Below, one piece after another: positions 15,442 through 16,682 of a DNA stretch of 16,682 nt. Position 1 is the stretch's first letter, and the number at the start of each line of letters is the position of its first letter. The stretch lies in assembly GCA_044866005.1 (NCBI GenBank), contig JBIOTN010000081.1, positions 1 through 16,682 on the forward strand. Reading direction: 5' to 3'. This stretch comes from Candidatus Rokuibacteriota bacterium (GTDB lineage Bacteria; Methylomirabilota; Methylomirabilia; Rokubacteriales; DASRDR01). Made by a program: the position numbers and the translations under genes. A model generated the notes under the pieces. The model worked only from the letters and a program-made list of their open reading frames with translations, made no database searches and was not told the DNA's origin.

Positions 15442-15503
15442 CCGCCCCCCCCGTCGAAACCCGCGCGCCGTCCCCCCAGGGACTGTTCCGGACTCGTGCG
15501 GAG

Positions 15504-15512
15504 TGCTATGGT
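15504..15512 (+). promoter_or_regulatory. Extended -10 promoter candidate for the outer-membrane protein gene
   Basis: TGcTATGGT matches TGnTAnnnT; about 170 nt upstream of ATG 15680. Confidence 0.5.
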
Positions 15513-15566
15513 GGGCGTATCGCGTTTCAGCTCTGCGGCCTGACGCTGGAAGAGTTCGCGGGTGGT

Positions 15567-15655
15567 GTTCCGCTCCGAGCGGCGGTTGTGCCGCCGGCCC
15601 ACCCGCCCAGCCCGAAGAGGGGGGGCCTCGGGGGGTCTTCCGAGACCCCCCGAAA
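15567..15655 (-). repeat. Dispersed palindromic repeat, copy C (inverted relative to A and B)
   Basis: GTTCCGCTCCGAGCGGCGGTTGTGCCGCC resembles the reverse complement of the end of copy B (GTTCCGCTTCGAGCGGCGGCCTTTGCCGCC). Perfect 11-bp hairpin at 15628-15653. G-tract module at 15593-15613 is shared with copy A. Confidence 0.85.
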
Positions 15656-15679
15656 GGCTAGCAGAAGGCAGGTCGACGC

Positions 15680-16682
15680 ATGACTCGAGAACGGCGACTC
15701 GCGGCGCTGGCGCTCGTGCCACTCCTGCTCCTCGCGGGGCCGTCCCCCCGACCGGCCCACGCGGGGTCCGGCTGTTCCCCCGGGACGCGCCTGACGCAGG
15801 TGCCAGAGACCCCGCCGCTGGCCGACGCCCGGACCTATCAGCCGGTCAACGGCACGGGCGGCTTCTCGGTCTTCGGCGCGAACACGGTCGGCGCCCGCGG
15901 GTTCTCCATCGGTCTCGGGTACATGGGCGAAGACGCGGTCTGCCAGGAGCTGGACGGCGACTTCGACTTCCACACGGCCTGGCTCGCCCTGGCGTACGGG
16001 ATCACCGAGCGCTTCCAGATCGGCGTGGACCTGCCGTACAGCTGGTACGAGGCGGACAAGGCGCGCTTCGACGGCTCCGGGGTCGACGACATCAACTTCG
16101 GCCTCGTCTACCGGCTCCTCGACGAGACGGCTGGCCGCCCCGCGCTCGCGCTCGTCGGCTTCGCCGCCGCCCCGACCGGGGAACGGAAGGAAGGGCTCGG
16201 CCGGAACGAGTGGGACGCCGGCGGGAAGGTGGCGCTGAGCAAGACGCTCCCCGCCGGGCTCCTCGGGCACCTCAACGTGGGCTACACCTACGTCGGCCGC
16301 GGATCGATCCACCAGCACGACCAGTTCACCTCGGGCGCGGCCGTCGAATGGCCGCTCGGCAAGCATTTCTCGCTCGTGGGCGAAGGGCTCGCCGACACGA
16401 ACCGCCGCACCGGGCGGGATCAGAGCTCGGACTGGGTGGCCGAGGCGCGCGCCGGCTTCCGCGTCCGCTTCGCGGGGTTCCTGCTGAGCGTCGCCGGACG
16501 GAAGGGGTTGACGAACGACGCCCCCGACTGGGGCGTCTTCGCCCTCCAGACTTACACCTACACGCCCGGGCGGGCCGAGGCGGCCGCCGCCCCGGCGCCC
16601 GGCGCCCCCGCTGGCCCCGCCGCGCCGGGCGCGCCCGGTGGCCCGGCAGCGCCCGGTGCCCCCGCCGCGCCCGGTGCCCCCG
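15680..16682 (+). CDS. Outer-membrane beta-barrel protein (COG4313/SphA-like) followed by a Pro/Ala/Gly linker; 3'-truncated
   Basis: My translation is open from ATG 15680 to the window end (334 codons). Signal peptide MTRERRLAALALVPLLLLAG...AHA; beta-strand motifs LAYGITERFQIGVDLPY, GSGVDDINFGLVYRLL, APTG, HLNVGYTYVG and GLTNDAPDWGVF. Absent from the ORF track because there is no stop codon. Confidence 0.85.
   Translation, partial: MTRERRLAALALVPLLLLAGPSPRPAHAGSGCSPGTRLTQVPETPPLADARTYQPVNGTGGFSVFGANTVGARGFSIGLGYMGEDAVCQELDGDFDFHTAWLALAYGITERFQIGVDLPYSWYEADKARFDGSGVDDINFGLVYRLLDETAGRPALALVGFAAAPTGERKEGLGRNEWDAGGKVALSKTLPAGLLGHLNVGYTYVGRGSIHQHDQFTSGAAVEWPLGKHFSLVGEGLADTNRRTGRDQSSDWVAEARAGFRVRFAGFLLSVAGRKGLTNDAPDWGVFALQTYTYTPGRAEAAAAPAPGAPAGPAAPGAPGGPAAPGAPAAPGAP
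16580..16682 (+). repeat. Low-complexity coding repeat (APGAPA-type linker)
   Basis: GCGCCCGGT recurs at 16631, 16649 and 16667 (18-nt period), encoding PAPGAPAGPAAPGAPGGPAAPGAPAAPGAP. Confidence 0.85.

Noticed and set aside
15442..15482. TCCCCCCAGGGA resembling the CCTCCCCCAGGGA of repeat copy B
   Set aside because: The match is only about 11 nt and low-complexity, and hairpin 1 is absent; not enough to call a fourth copy.

Overview
Very GC-rich bacterial DNA, densely coding; an outer-membrane barrel gene indicates a diderm. In order: (1) a carbon-metabolism operon tail, pgl-fbp-fbaB. (2) A ~7.7 kb signalling island with no chemoreceptor gene. It holds a divergent GAF-GAF hybrid kinase, a lone receiver, an internally deleted cheB relic, a stand-alone CheB translationally coupled to a CheR-PAS-coiled-coil-PAS protein, and a second GAF hybrid kinase. 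(3) A probably leaderless MscS/CmpX-like membrane protein, a secreted hypothetical protein, an aspartase-like lyase and a TrkA_N-like/DHH phosphoesterase. (4) A truncated outer-membrane beta-barrel gene that the ORF track misses. Three intergenic regions (~28-119, 11558-11639, 15567-15655) carry members of one modular palindromic repeat family. Their hairpins keep pairing despite sequence differences, and two copies contain a G-quadruplex-type motif. All assignments come from motif recognition by eye; no searches were run.
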